From: Candidatus Saccharibacteria bacterium RIFCSPHIGHO2_12_FULL_49_19
Lineage (GTDB): Bacteria; Patescibacteriota; Saccharimonadia; Saccharimonadales; UBA10212
Length of the DNA stretch: 39,073 bases
Direction: 5' to 3'
NCBI GenBank assembly: GCA_001788565.1
Contig: MGCX01000004.1
Span: forward strand, 1-39,073
In this document: piece after piece, positions 8,349-18,186 of the stretch
How positions within the stretch are numbered: position 1 is the stretch's first letter
Layout: each line of letters starts with the position of its first letter
Notes under the pieces: model-generated
What the model saw: the letters and a program-made list of their open reading frames with translations, nothing else
Databases searched by the model: none
Told to the model about the DNA's origin: nothing
Position numbers and translations under genes: made by a program

Positions 8349-9866
8349 TTAGCGGTTTTTCCGACGGATTCTCGGGAGGAGCAGGCGCCGCTTCGGAGGG
8401 GTAGGCTCTTTTTCTTCATCGCCATGGAAGTATTCGGGGTGTTCATACTGATCATAGGTGATCATTAGGGCCCGCGACTCAACTTGTCGGAGTGTCTCAA
8501 GCGATACGGATACTAAGATCAGAATGCTGGTTCCGCCAATCACAATGCTGGCGTTACTGACATAGGCCTGGCCGATAATCGGCGTCACAGCTAACAATCC
8601 AAGTGCCGTGGCGCCAAACAGAGTCAGCCGGTTCACGATTTTACCAAGATACTGCTCGGTCTGTTTGCCCGACCGGACGCCTGTTATAAACCCGCCTTGT
8701 TTCTGGAGGTTTTCGGCAATCTCTTTAGAGTTAAAAGTAACGCTGGTGTAAAAATAAGTAAAAATAAAGACTAGGAAGAAATACGTTAGCGGGTAAACCC
8801 ACGCTTCCCAGCCGCCCGTGGCGAAAGTCTGAGCAGTAGGTGTCTGAAATAATTCAGTTAATTTGACTCCGATTTCTTCGGATTTAGTGTCGGGCACCAG
8901 TTGAGTTCCTTGACCATGGGTTGAAAGCTGACCGATGAAGCCAGGGACGCTAAGGAACGCGATAGCAAAGATAATCGGTATAACGCCGGCCGTTATCAGT
9001 TTGACCGGCAATGTCGTGGTCACCCCGCCATAGGTCCGACTTCCCTGGACTCGTTTGGCATAGTGTACCGTAAGTCGACGCGAAGCTTCGTTAAGTTTTA
9101 CTACTGACCAGGTCAAAGCAATGGTCGCTACGGACATAATGCCGACGACCCACATGCCTCGTTGGCTGAGTTCGCGACCGAATAAGACTACTTTGTCAGC
9201 CGCTTGGGTACTTGTCCAATAGAGGCCCTCAGTCAGACTAGCTATCATAACTGGCAGACTGGCAACGATACCTATAGCTATCAGCAGCGAGATACCATTA
9301 CCGATAGATCTCTCGGTAATCAGCTCACCCATCCACATCAAAATCATAGCGCCACCGGTTAGTGCTGCGACCATCAGCACCCATTGTGCTGTAGAGGTAT
9401 TAGCGGTTATATCACCCAGTCCGCCAATACTCTGAGCGGCACCCTTGATCAGATAGATAGTGCCTATCGACTGGATAATTGCCAATGGAAAGGTCAGCAT
9501 CCGGGTGTACTGGTTAATCTTGCGGCGACCGTATTCACCCTCCTTGTTCATAGCCTCCAGCTTGGGGACGGCTTTGGTCAAGAGCTGCATGATGATTGAG
9601 GCATTGATGTAGGGGCCCAAACCCACCAGCATAATCGAGAAGTTCGCCAAAGCACCGCCCGACAAAACGTTTAGGAAGCCCAGCAGCTGCTGGCTGCTGG
9701 TCTGGGTGTAAAGATTTTCCAGAACCTGTTTGAGAGTTTCCGGATCGCTCAGAGGAACCGGAATATGGGCCAGCAACCTGAAAACCAAGATTATGCCCAA
9801 GACCGCCAAGATGCGTTTACGCATCTCATGATGGGTCAGTGATCTGGCAATAATTCCCCAATTCAT
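8349..9866 (-). CDS. secY: Preprotein translocase SecY with basic C-terminal tail
   Basis: 505 aa with multiple TM helices. Canonical position after rplO. Carries about 35 extra C-terminal residues (..[30 protein letters not shown]). Confidence 0.92.
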   Translation of the reverse strand: MNWGIIARSLTHHEMRKRILAVLGIILVFRLLAHIPVPLSDPETLKQVLENLYTQTSSQQLLGFLNVLSGGALANFSIMLVGLGPYINASIIMQLLTKAVPKLEAMNKEGEYGRRKINQYTRMLTFPLAIIQSIGTIYLIKGAAQSIGGLGDITANTSTAQWVLMVAALTGGAMILMWMGELITERSIGNGISLLIAIGIVASLPVMIASLTEGLYWTSTQAADKVVLFGRELSQRGMWVVGIMSVATIALTWSVVKLNEASRRLTVHYAKRVQGSRTYGGVTTTLPVKLITAGVIPIIFAIAFLSVPGFIGQLSTHGQGTQLVPDTKSEEIGVKLTELFQTPTAQTFATGGWEAWVYPLTYFFLVFIFTYFYTSVTFNSKEIAENLQKQGGFITGVRSGKQTEQYLGKIVNRLTLFGATALGLLAVTPIIGQAYVSNASIVIGGTSILILVSVSLETLRQVESRALMITYDQYEHPEYFHGDEEKEPTPPKRRLLLPRIRRKNR

Positions 9867-9964
9867 AAAAATACAACGCCTCGCATGGTGAGTTTCCCAT
9901 CTCCCTGAGTACGGAATGAGTCCGATGCCCAGGCTGCCCTTCCCGACGCAAACCCTATGATCAT
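9863..9964 (-). CDS. Possible 33-codon bridging micro-ORF between rplO and secY
   Basis: Hand translation gives [33 protein letters not shown]. The ATG abuts the rplO stop (TAAATG) and the TGA overlaps the secY ATG (ATGA). Confidence 0.2.
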   Translation of the reverse strand: MIIGFASGRAAWASDSFRTQGDGKLTMRGVVFL

Positions 9965-10441
9965 TTACTTAATTTTATCACTAGTTCTTTGAGGTCTAAG
10001 CGGCTGGCTTTGGGATGTAAAGCTGCCTCCAGCTTTTTCAAGTGCTGATATCGCACCGACGCTGGCCTTCTGTAACTTAACATCTTTTTTAGACTTTAAT
10101 TCTCCGCCAGCTATCAACTTGACCGATATATAGGGACTGCTGACTATCGCAGCCTCATACAGCGCTTGGTTATCTATTACCGACTTTTTTACCAGTTCCA
10201 GCTGCCCAATTTTAACGGTCTCCGGTGTGGAGCGATGGCTCTTAAAACCGCGCAGTTTAGGCAAACGCATATATAGCGGCATTTGGCCGCCTTCGAAACC
10301 AGAGCGTACTCCCCCGCTTTTACGGGCGCCCTGACCTTTAGTACCGCGACCGGCGGTTTTGCCTTGGCCAGCAGAGATACCACGGCCAACCCGCCGGGAG
10401 GGTCTTCGCTTGGGAAATTGAGTTAGCTCATTATACTTCAT
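9965..10441 (-). CDS. rplO: 50S ribosomal protein L15
   Basis: Starts at the internal ATG at 10441 (MKYNELTQ..GRGTKGQ), giving 158 aa. Overlaps the rpsE end by 11 nt. Confidence 0.9.
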   Translation of the reverse strand: MKYNELTQFPKRRPSRRVGRGISAGQGKTAGRGTKGQGARKSGGVRSGFEGGQMPLYMRLPKLRGFKSHRSTPETVKIGQLELVKKSVIDNQALYEAAIVSSPYISVKLIAGGELKSKKDVKLQKASVGAISALEKAGGSFTSQSQPLRPQRTSDKIK

Positions 10442-10982
10442 GTTTAGCACCTGGAGTCGTCTCAGGAGTCTTCCTTCCAACGTTGGTAAGCCACTGTGAG
10501 GACGGCACCATCTTGGACAGAGCGAGCAAAGTCGCATAAGCGCTATTAATACGATTGCTGGAACCTAATGATTTAGAAAGCGCGTTCTCAACCCCGGCTA
10601 CTTCTAATACGACTCTAACCACACCCCCAGCTATTAGTCCGGTGCCTGGAGCGGCTGGCATTATCAGGACTCTTGAGCCGCTGACTCTGGCTTCCACCTC
10701 ATGTGTTAAGGTTCCCTTATACAGGCTAACCTTCAACATGCTCTTTTTGGCTACGTCAGTAGCTTTATTGACAGCGGCACTAACGTCAGGGCCCTTGCTG
10801 ACCCCCACACCGACTTGCCCGTTATGGTCACCAACGACCACTAAAGCTTGGAAGCGGAAGCGCCGCCCACCCTTTACAACACGGGCTACCCGGTTTATAT
10901 TTACTACTCTCTCGTCCAGCTGTTTGTCGTCAGTGGACTGGTAGCCGCCCCGGGGCATTTTTTTACCTTCGCCGGTAGCCAT
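10431..10982 (-). CDS. rpsE: 30S ribosomal protein S5
   Basis: 183 aa. uS5 dsRBD-like core (VVKGGRRFRFQALVVVGD). Confidence 0.93.
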   Translation of the reverse strand: MATGEGKKMPRGGYQSTDDKQLDERVVNINRVARVVKGGRRFRFQALVVVGDHNGQVGVGVSKGPDVSAAVNKATDVAKKSMLKVSLYKGTLTHEVEARVSGSRVLIMPAAPGTGLIAGGVVRVVLEVAGVENALSKSLGSSNRINSAYATLLALSKMVPSSQWLTNVGRKTPETTPGAKHEV

Positions 10983-10983
10983 A

Positions 10984-11340
10984 TTAAAACTCCAAACCGC
11001 CCTCTCTGGCGGCCTTAGCTAGAGCATCCAGACGACCGTGGTATTTGCGCCCTCCTCTATCGAAGATTACTTTTTTTATCTTGGCCTTCTTGGCGCGCTC
11101 AGAAATCGCAACACCGACGAATTGGGCCTTTGCGGTCAAATTCTCAGATAGCGTACGGTTGCCAACCGTCGTAGCGTAAGCCAATGTCAAACCCCGATCA
11201 TCGTCAATAAGTTGTGCCGATACATGTCGGTGACTGATGTTTACTGACAGTCTAGGCCGTTCGGCTGAGCCCCTAATACGAGAGCGAACTCTCTGGGAGC
11301 GGAGTCTAGATACTTGTCGTTTGTAGTTTAGCGCTTTCAT
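10984..11340 (-). CDS. rplR: 50S ribosomal protein L18
   Basis: 118 aa. uL18 (..FDRGGRKYHGRLDALAKAAREGGLEF). Confidence 0.93.
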   Translation of the reverse strand: MKALNYKRQVSRLRSQRVRSRIRGSAERPRLSVNISHRHVSAQLIDDDRGLTLAYATTVGNRTLSENLTAKAQFVGVAISERAKKAKIKKVIFDRGGRKYHGRLDALAKAAREGGLEF

Positions 11341-11351
11341 AGTCTTTAACC

Positions 11352-11888
11352 CTATTCTTTGGTACTCTTACCGCTTTTACGAATGATTTGTTCATCAGCG
11401 TAGCGTATCCCTTTCCCCTTGTACGGTTCTGGTTTCCGCAAGCTGCGGATCTCAGCCGCCACCTGGCCAACTTGCTGTTTATCGATACCACTGACTGTGA
11501 CGGTGTTCTGATCGATGTTGACCGTTATACCAGCTGGTATTTTATACGCTACATCGTGGGAGTATCCAAGGTTGAATTTCAAACTATCAGCTTGGGCCTG
11601 GGCGCGATAGCCAACACCGTGAATTTCTAATTTGCGTTCATATCCTTGACTAACTCCTTGGACCATATTAGCTAGCAGAGCTCGGGTCAGGCCGTGCTGC
11701 GCCCGATTGATTGCTTCATCACCGGTTCGTTCTATAACCAGCTGGTTGCCGCTATGGGTGACTTTAACTGCCGGGTACAGTCGGCGTGATAAGCTGCCCT
11801 TTGGTCCGGTGACGGTGATGTCTGGACCGTTGATGGTGACCGTTACACCACTGGGTATTTCTATTGGTTGTTTACCTATTCGACTCAT
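11352..11888 (-). CDS. rplF: 50S ribosomal protein L6
   Basis: 178 aa. uL6 (MSRIGKQPIEIPSGV). Confidence 0.93.
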   Translation of the reverse strand: MSRIGKQPIEIPSGVTVTINGPDITVTGPKGSLSRRLYPAVKVTHSGNQLVIERTGDEAINRAQHGLTRALLANMVQGVSQGYERKLEIHGVGYRAQAQADSLKFNLGYSHDVAYKIPAGITVNIDQNTVTVSGIDKQQVGQVAAEIRSLRKPEPYKGKGIRYADEQIIRKSGKSTKE

Positions 11889-11890
11889 CT

Positions 11891-12286
11891 TTAATACACC
11901 TTACAAATCAGCTCGCCGCCTAGCTGCTTACTCCGGGCTTGATCACCAGTCATCAGTCCTTGGTTGGTGGAAACGATAACTATCCCGCGCCCGCGCTTGA
12001 TAATCGGGATATTCTTGGAACTGGCATACACCCGGCGACCCGGGCGGCTAATCCGCTCGATATCTGTAATAACGGCCGGTCTGTTAGCTTCATTAACTGT
12101 GATGTGCAAGAAGGCCCGGTGATCATCCTTAACTGAATCGACTTGTTTTAAGAAGCCGCTAGCTACTAGGATCTCGGCTACTTGCTGTTTGACCTTAGAG
12201 TGTGGGAGGCTAATCTCAATCTTATTTACTGAGATAGCATTACGGATGCGGCTAAGCATATCAGCTATAGGGTCGGTGCTTACCAT
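11891..12286 (-). CDS. rpsH: 30S ribosomal protein S8
   Basis: The ATG at 12286 lies 8 nt after AAGGAG. The ORF-track start at 12292 is a TTG too close to that SD. uS8 (DPIADMLSRIRNA). Confidence 0.92.
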   Translation of the reverse strand: MVSTDPIADMLSRIRNAISVNKIEISLPHSKVKQQVAEILVASGFLKQVDSVKDDHRAFLHITVNEANRPAVITDIERISRPGRRVYASSKNIPIIKRGRGIVIVSTNQGLMTGDQARSKQLGGELICKVY

Positions 12287-12302
12287 TATCAATTCTCCTT
12301 CA

Positions 12303-12572
12303 CTACCAGCTACTCTTACTTACACCGGGTATTTCGCCTTTAGCGGCATGCTCCCGGAAAGCTATTCTGGAAAGCCCAAACTGGCGCATATAACCACGGC
12401 CGCGGCCTGTCTCGGCACAGCGATTTTTAGCTCTGACCGGACTGGAGTTACGAGGCAACTTAGCCAGACCTTCCCAATCACCGGTAGCTTTTAGCTCAGC
12501 TCGCTTGACGGCATATTTGGTGATTAGCTTGGCTCTTTTGGCATCGCGAGCCAATACTGACTTTTTGGCCAT
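12303..12572 (-). CDS. rpsN: 30S ribosomal protein S14 (long, non-zinc form)
   Basis: 89 aa. Ends ..[11 protein letters not shown]. The CxxC pairs of the short zinc form are absent. Confidence 0.92.
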   Translation of the reverse strand: MAKKSVLARDAKRAKLITKYAVKRAELKATGDWEGLAKLPRNSSPVRAKNRCAETGRGRGYMRQFGLSRIAFREHAAKGEIPGVSKSSW

Positions 12573-13160
12573 TTACCTTACCTCTTCTTTCTCAAACGGC
12601 ATTCCAAGCCTAGCTAACAAAGATCTAGCTTGTTCTTTGTTAGCTGCCCGGATAACGAAGGTTACCTGTAGACCGTGGGGTGTTGTTGTCTCCTCGAAAC
12701 TAAGTTCCGGAAACACCGACTGATCACTAAAGCCGATACTGTAATTGCCTTGACCATCGAAAGCCGCTGCCTTAACTCCCCTAAAGTCACGCAGTCTGGG
12801 AAGAACCAGATTAATTAGACGATCGGCGAACTCATACATTCGAGCACCCCGCAGGGTAACCTGCAGGCCTATTTGGCTGCCTGCTCGAAGCTTAAAGCTG
12901 GCAATCGATTTTTTTGCCGTCGTTATGATCGGCTGTTGGCCGGTTACCTTACGCAGGGTGTTGGTGGCCGCTTCCAGAACTTTCTTGTCTCCTTGGGCCC
13001 GCCCCAGACCAACGTTTAGGACAACTCTTTCCAGCTTGGGGACTTGGTTAATATTCTTTAGACCAAACTCGTCTTTGAGTTCAACTGCAACCTTCTCACG
13101 ATAGAGCTGGTCCAGTCGCGGCGCGTAGCTCTTGGGAGTGGATTTTACTAAAGGGTTCAT
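12573..13160 (-). CDS. rplE: 50S ribosomal protein L5
   Basis: 195 aa. uL5, in spc-operon order. Confidence 0.93.
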   Translation of the reverse strand: MNPLVKSTPKSYAPRLDQLYREKVAVELKDEFGLKNINQVPKLERVVLNVGLGRAQGDKKVLEAATNTLRKVTGQQPIITTAKKSIASFKLRAGSQIGLQVTLRGARMYEFADRLINLVLPRLRDFRGVKAAAFDGQGNYSIGFSDQSVFPELSFEETTTPHGLQVTFVIRAANKEQARSLLARLGMPFEKEEVR

Positions 13161-13492
13161 TATTTGAGTTCCTTCCCGCTACTCTTAAGATAGCGGGCCT
13201 TCTTATTATTTTGGCTGAACCGGTAACCAGCCCGGGATGGTTTTTTAGCTACCTGATCCAGGAGGCCGACCTTACTAACCCATAACGGCTTGGTTATCTC
13301 GACAACCGCTCCTTGGGGATGAGCTCTGGAAGGCTTACGGTGTCGTTTAACCACATTAATTCCTTGGACCGTTACCTTATTAAGGGTCGGGTGAACGGCC
13401 ATAACTTTGCCGGTTTGCCCCTTGTATTTACCGGAGCGTACCATCACCGTGTCACCTTTTTTTAGCCTAATTTTATAGACTGTTTTGTTCAT
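13160..13492 (-). CDS. rplX: 50S ribosomal protein L24
   Basis: 110 aa. KOW motif (KKGDTVMVRSGKYKGQTGKV). Confidence 0.93.
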   Translation of the reverse strand: MNKTVYKIRLKKGDTVMVRSGKYKGQTGKVMAVHPTLNKVTVQGINVVKRHRKPSRAHPQGAVVEITKPLWVSKVGLLDQVAKKPSRAGYRFSQNNKKARYLKSSGKELK

Positions 13493-13864
13493 CTAAAGTA
13501 CCTCTGGGGCTTGTGAAATTATCCTGGAAAAGCCGCGTTCGCGCAGTTCTCTGGGAACCGGGCCGAAGATTCTTGTTCCTCGTGGGCTCTTATTGTCTTC
13601 GGCCAGTACCACTGCGGCATTATCGTCAAATCGCACCACGGTGCCGTCTTTACGCCGTATTGGACTTTTTGTCCTGACAACCACAGCCCGCACTACGCTT
13701 TTTCGCTTTACGCCGCCAGTCGGGTTAGCTGATTTAACACTGGCGACGATTATGTCGCCTACCCTGGCATAGCGCCTGCGGCTCCCGCCCAAGACTCTTA
13801 TACAGCGAAGACTGCGAGCTCCGCTGTTATCGCATGCTATTAAATTGGACTCTTGAGCGATCAT
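13493..13864 (-). CDS. rplN: 50S ribosomal protein L14
   Basis: 123 aa. uL14 ([17 protein letters not shown]). Confidence 0.93.
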   Translation of the reverse strand: MIAQESNLIACDNSGARSLRCIRVLGGSRRRYARVGDIIVASVKSANPTGGVKRKSVVRAVVVRTKSPIRRKDGTVVRFDDNAAVVLAEDNKSPRGTRIFGPVPRELRERGFSRIISQAPEVL

Positions 13865-14169
13865 TTCTGTTCTTCCTCGGTCTTAAGCTCAGCTATATCG
13901 GCCGTGGCGTCCTCCTCAACAAACTTTATACCGCCACGTTCAACTATCTTAACCAGCCGAAAGCTCTTCTTAGCACTTAACGGTCGGGTCTCAGCGATTA
14001 TTACCCGGTCACCGACCTTGGCGCTATTGCTTTCATCGTGAGCCATAAACTTATCCTTGACAGTGTATTGCTTCTTATATATGGGGTGGGTCTTCTTGGT
14101 GGTCACCGAGATGACAATGGTCTTATCGCCTCTATCGCTAACCACGACTCCGGTTATGCTACGTCCCAT
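13861..14169 (-). CDS. rpsQ: 30S ribosomal protein S17
   Basis: 102 aa. uS17 OB fold plus an acidic C-terminal tail. Confidence 0.92.
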   Translation of the reverse strand: MGRSITGVVVSDRGDKTIVISVTTKKTHPIYKKQYTVKDKFMAHDESNSAKVGDRVIIAETRPLSAKKSFRLVKIVERGGIKFVEEDATADIAELKTEEEQK

Positions 14170-14369
14170 CAGATTTTCTCCTTGACCAGCTGCTCGCTAA
14201 GTACTGTTAGCATACGTGCTAGATCCTTGCGTTTAGTTCGTAATATGCGGACGTTCTGCACTTCGCCGCTTAACGTACGACGTCGCAATTCGACAATCTC
14301 ATCTCGGAGCTGAGAGGTCTGGGTAGTCAGCTCGGCCGTGCTTAATTTCCGCGCTTCGGCGATCTTCAT
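14169..14369 (-). CDS. rpmC: 50S ribosomal protein L29
   Basis: 66 aa. uL29 helical hairpin. Strong AGGAGG SD 6 nt upstream. Confidence 0.92.
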   Translation of the reverse strand: MKIAEARKLSTAELTTQTSQLRDEIVELRRRTLSGEVQNVRILRTKRKDLARMLTVLSEQLVKEKI

Positions 14370-14539
14370 CTTGAGCCTCCTGCATATCCAGAGCTTGTTA
14401 AGCGAGATGGACTTCCAGCGTCTACCGAAAGACGGCTAGGATGAGGAAACGTATCGCGCTGATACGTTGACGAGCCATGACCGGCTTGTAGGAAGCTAGT
14501 GTTCATCGAGGCTGAGTTATGGGTATGTGGGAGGCTCAT
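14366..14539 (-). CDS. Possible 57-aa bridging ORF in the rplP-rpmC spacer (alternatively a structured RNA)
   Basis: Hand translation gives [57 protein letters not shown]. The ATG overlaps the rplP stop (ATGA) and the TGA overlaps the rpmC ATG (ATGA). Ser-rich and low complexity. Confidence 0.25.
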   Translation of the reverse strand: MSLPHTHNSASMNTSFLQAGHGSSTYQRDTFPHPSRLSVDAGSPSRLTSSGYAGGSR

Positions 14540-14952
14540 AGCTCCTCTTTCACAATGAAGTTAGTCTTGACCGGCAGCTTATGTCCGGCCAGGCGCATCG
14601 CTTCACGGGCTATAGGCTCAGCGACCCCGTCCATCTCAAACATTATGGTGCCCGGCTTGACCTTAGCCACGAACAACTCCGGATTACCTTTACCGCTGCC
14701 CATCTTGACATCCTGAGGCTTGCGGGTAACTGGCGTGTGGGGGAAAATCCTTATCCAAACCTGCCCGCCCCGCTTTATGTAGCGAGTCATCGCTTGGCGA
14801 GCCGCTTCGATCTGACGAGATGATACTCGCTCACTTTGCAGACTGACCAAACCATATCGTCCATGAGCCAACTCCGCCAAAGATGTAGCGGTACCGCCGG
14901 TAATGCGGCCTTTTCGGACTTTTCGATATTTCGTTCGAGATGGCATTAACAT
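14536..14952 (-). CDS. rplP: 50S ribosomal protein L16
   Basis: 138 aa. [11 protein letters not shown] is a uL16 hallmark. Confidence 0.94.
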   Translation of the reverse strand: MLMPSRTKYRKVRKGRITGGTATSLAELAHGRYGLVSLQSERVSSRQIEAARQAMTRYIKRGGQVWIRIFPHTPVTRKPQDVKMGSGKGNPELFVAKVKPGTIMFEMDGVAEPIAREAMRLAGHKLPVKTNFIVKEEL

Positions 14953-14967
14953 AACTTATGCTCCGCT

Positions 14968-15603
14968 TTAGGCTTGCGTCTCTCCCTTATAAATCCAGAC
15001 CTTTACGCCAATGATGCCGGCCCCGGGATATAGGGCTCTGGCTGAAGCATAATCTATATCGGCCCGAAGAGTGTGCAGGGGCACACTGCCTTGAACTTCT
15101 TTTTCGCGGCGGCTCATCTCCATGCCGCCCAACCGTCCGGCAATTTCAATCCGGATGCCCTTGGCTCCAGCTCTCATGCTGCCGGCCGCCGCTGACTTAA
15201 TGGCTCTTCGAAAAGCGATACGTTTTTCTAGTTGATGGGCGATATTCTCAGCCACCAGCTTGGCGTGCAGCTCCGGACGCTTTATTTCCTCTATATTAAC
15301 CTGAGCGGGTATCCCATAGAGTTTTTCAATTTCCGCCTTCAGCTCTTGAGCTCCAGTTCCACCCCGCCCAATGACCACACCGGCTTTAGCGGTCTGGATA
15401 TTGACCGTAACCAGATTCGGCGAACGCTCAATATCAACTTTGCTGACAGCTGCTCGACTCCCCAATTTACGGTCGATTAGCCGCCGGACAGCCAAGTCCT
15501 GCTTAAGGTAGCCGGCGTATTCTTTTTTGCCGACAAACCACTTACTTCGCCAGTCCTTATTGACTTGCAAACGCATACTTATAGGGTTGACCTTTTGACC
15601 CAT
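14968..15603 (-). CDS. rpsC: 30S ribosomal protein S3
   Basis: 211 aa. MGQKVNP.. with a KH domain. Confidence 0.94.
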   Translation of the reverse strand: MGQKVNPISMRLQVNKDWRSKWFVGKKEYAGYLKQDLAVRRLIDRKLGSRAAVSKVDIERSPNLVTVNIQTAKAGVVIGRGGTGAQELKAEIEKLYGIPAQVNIEEIKRPELHAKLVAENIAHQLEKRIAFRRAIKSAAAGSMRAGAKGIRIEIAGRLGGMEMSRREKEVQGSVPLHTLRADIDYASARALYPGAGIIGVKVWIYKGETQA

Positions 15604-15983
15604 TAGGCGGTCTCTTTCTTGCCAGATGTTGATGTTTTTTTAGCCGCCCGAAACTCGCCAGCCACTTCAACCCTGATATGACTAGTCTGGCGTTGATAGG
15701 GCAGTGCACGGCCCCTGGCTGCCGGCCGATAACGACGATAGCGTGGTCCCGGAGTAACGCTTATACCGGCGATGTCGAGGCCATCCGGCTTTAAGTTGTG
15801 ATTGTGCACGGCATTGGCTTTGGCGCTTTTGATAACTTCGCCAATCGCTTTGGCGGTACGCCGGGGGGTATGTTCTAGGATAACCAGAGCGTCCTCGACA
15901 GAGCGCCCCCGAACCAGTCCGGCCACGATATTTACTTTGCGAGGGCTAATCAGGACATTCTTGGAAATAGCGCGGACTATCAT
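15603..15983 (-). CDS. rplV: 50S ribosomal protein L22
   Basis: 126 aa. uL22, in S10-operon order. Confidence 0.93.
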   Translation of the reverse strand: MIVRAISKNVLISPRKVNIVAGLVRGRSVEDALVILEHTPRRTAKAIGEVIKSAKANAVHNHNLKPDGLDIAGISVTPGPRYRRYRPAARGRALPYQRQTSHIRVEVAGEFRAAKKTSTSGKKETA

Positions 15984-16273
15984 CGCTTCTCCCCTTGACC
16001 TTCCTGGCTCTTAGCCAGTTTGCCGCCATGTCCCCTAAACTTTCTGGTGGGCGAGAACTCACCAAGTCGATGGCCAACCATATTCTCAGTGATAAACACC
16101 GGCACATGAACTTTTCCGTTGTGTACAGCAATGGTCCGACCCACGAACTCCGGGGGGATGGTGCTGGCTCGGGCCCAAGTGCGAATAACCGACCGGTCAT
16201 CCTGGCTCAGAGCAGCGACTTTCTTGGCTAGCTTATGATCCACGAAGGGACCTTTTTTGAGTGAGCGTCCCAT
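15980..16273 (-). CDS. rpsS: 30S ribosomal protein S19
   Basis: 97 aa. [19 protein letters not shown]. Confidence 0.94.
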   Translation of the reverse strand: MGRSLKKGPFVDHKLAKKVAALSQDDRSVIRTWARASTIPPEFVGRTIAVHNGKVHVPVFITENMVGHRLGEFSPTRKFRGHGGKLAKSQEGQGEKR

Positions 16274-16274
16274 G

Positions 16275-17111
16275 CTATCTCCTCTTACTCTGATGTCTTG
16301 AACGGACGATGAATTTAGAAGTTACTTTTCGACGACGGGTCTTATAACCGAGCGTTTTCTGCCCCCAAGGCGTCGTTGGTGGGCGGGCCATCCGATGTTT
16401 ACCTCCGTCACCACCGCCATGAGGGTGGTCGGCTGCGGCCATAACCACGCCACGAACGGTCGGTCGAATACCCATTCGGCGGGATCTTCCGGCCTTGCCG
16501 ATTACGACATTTTGGTGCTGCTCGTTACCGACAGAACCAACGGTGGCCATACCCTCAATTCCTACCATGCGAATCTCCCCACTCGGCAATCGGATTTGAG
16601 CGTAGTTACCTTCTTTAGCTATCAGCTGGGACTTAGCTCCAGCAGCTCTAGCCAGCTGTGCGCCCCTACCCGGCTGCAGCTCAACGCCGTGAACGATAGT
16701 GCCCAGAGGGATGCTCTTGAGAGGCAGGCGATTTCCCTTTTTAATAGCAGTCTCCTCAGCGGCTACCAGTTTGCTTCCCGCTCTTATCCCGGCGGGGGCT
16801 AAAATATAATGGTATCTACCGTCCTGGTCTTTAATTCTGGCAATCCGGGCGCTGCGGTTAGGATCATATTCTATGGCCTCTACTGTTGCGGTAGTCCCGG
16901 TAGGCAGCTTGAAATTTATCACTCTGTAATAGCGGCGCGCTCCTCCCCCTCTATGGCGGGTTGTGATGCGACCCTGACTATTTCGGGCCACCCCTGTTTT
17001 TTTAATCTTGGTCAGGCTCTTAAGGGGTTTTTTAGCAGTAATTGCCGAGAAATCCTGTGATGTCATCTGGCGACGAGCTGGTGTAGTGGGACGATAAGTC
17101 TTGATGGCCAT
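16275..17111 (-). CDS. rplB: 50S ribosomal protein L2
   Basis: 278 aa. ..HPHGGGDGG.. uL2 motif. Confidence 0.94.
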   Translation of the reverse strand: MAIKTYRPTTPARRQMTSQDFSAITAKKPLKSLTKIKKTGVARNSQGRITTRHRGGGARRYYRVINFKLPTGTTATVEAIEYDPNRSARIARIKDQDGRYHYILAPAGIRAGSKLVAAEETAIKKGNRLPLKSIPLGTIVHGVELQPGRGAQLARAAGAKSQLIAKEGNYAQIRLPSGEIRMVGIEGMATVGSVGNEQHQNVVIGKAGRSRRMGIRPTVRGVVMAAADHPHGGGDGGKHRMARPPTTPWGQKTLGYKTRRRKVTSKFIVRSRHQSKRR

Positions 17112-17551
17112 TACTTATTCCCCCTGATTGAGGTCCGATCAGATGCTTTGCGGCCGAAGAAACCTCTCCTGGTCTTACCTTCTTTTTGGGTTTCTTTGGC
17201 TATGGCCTTTTCGGCTGTCTGCTGGACTTTCTCAGCTTTGGCCTCGGCTTCCTTGTCAGCTGCAAATATCGGTAAGGTCTGGTCTTTGGCTAGACGAACA
17301 TAAGCTTTCCGGATACCGCTACTCTCGCCACGATAGATATTACGACCCCGACGTTTAATGCTCCGACGAGTCTTAGCCGCCGTTTTTGCTATCCGAACAC
17401 TATCAACTGAAACCTGATATTGGACTGCCACAGCTTCAGCGACCATCTGCTTATTGGCCTGAGCCGGGACGTCGAAGACGTAAGTATTATGCTCCTCGCT
17501 TAAAGAGTAGGCCTTCTCACTCATCCGCGGATTTAATGCCAGAGCCTTCAT
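17111..17551 (-). CDS. rplW: 50S ribosomal protein L23 with C-terminal extension
   Basis: 146 aa. uL23 core followed by a Lys/Ala/Glu-rich tail of about 45 aa. Confidence 0.9.
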   Translation of the reverse strand: MKALALNPRMSEKAYSLSEEHNTYVFDVPAQANKQMVAEAVAVQYQVSVDSVRIAKTAAKTRRSIKRRGRNIYRGESSGIRKAYVRLAKDQTLPIFAADKEAEAKAEKVQQTAEKAIAKETQKEGKTRRGFFGRKASDRTSIRGNK

Positions 17552-18186
17552 TTCGAATCTCCCAAGCGCTGACTGATAGCCTCCAAGGCTTTACGGCTAA
17601 TCAGGATATGAGTAGCGTTCATCACATCAAAAACGTTCAAGTAGGCCGGCTCTACGGCTTTTACGGCACGTAGATTCCGGGTCGCCCTTTCTATCAGTGC
17701 GTCCTTGGGGCTGACCACCACAAGGATTGCTCCTGTTAGTCCGAGCTTCTTAAGCAGGGCGCTGGTTTGGCTCACTCTGCCATCCTTGCTCTCAAAAGCT
17801 TCAATTACTCTTATGCGGTCTTCGCTGGCCGCTAGGCTCAGAGCTTGGCGCAGAGCCAAGCGCTTAGCCCGGACATTTATTTTAAGACGGTAGTTCTCTT
17901 CTCCGGTTGGACCAAAGGCTACTCCGCCGCCCACCCAAATAGGATTGCGGGAACTGCCGAAGCGTGCTCGCCCGGTACCTTTTTGGCGCCAGGGTTTTTG
18001 CCCGCCGCCCCTGACCTCGCCGCGCTTCTTGGTTTTAGCCAGATTGGAGCGATTGCCCGCCAGATAAGATAAGTAGGCTGTCTTTAGAAGTTCATGATTC
18101 TTAACAGACGTGCCGAAGATTTTTTTGTCCAGCTTTACTGGGGTGCTGGACTTAGAGCCAGATTTGGTATAAGTAGTCACGCTCAT
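17548..18186 (-). CDS. rplD: 50S ribosomal protein L4
   Basis: 212 aa. uL4 (..[16 protein letters not shown]..). Confidence 0.93.
   Translation of the reverse strand: MSVTTYTKSGSKSSTPVKLDKKIFGTSVKNHELLKTAYLSYLAGNRSNLAKTKKRGEVRGGGQKPWRQKGTGRARFGSSRNPIWVGGGVAFGPTGEENYRLKINVRAKRLALRQALSLAASEDRIRVIEAFESKDGRVSQTSALLKKLGLTGAILVVVSPKDALIERATRNLRAVKAVEPAYLNVFDVMNATHILISRKALEAISQRLGDSK

Noticed and set aside
8291-8455. The N-terminal 55 residues of the 128-aa ORF-track version of infA.
   Set aside because: The extension overlaps the secY 3' end and has no IF-1 homology. The IF-1 sequence begins at the ATG at 8290, downstream of a good promoter.
10442-10537. The N-terminal 32 residues of the 190-aa ORF-track version of rplO.
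   Set aside because: The extension overlaps rpsE and is Cys/Arg-rich with no L15 similarity. L15 begins at MKYNEL.
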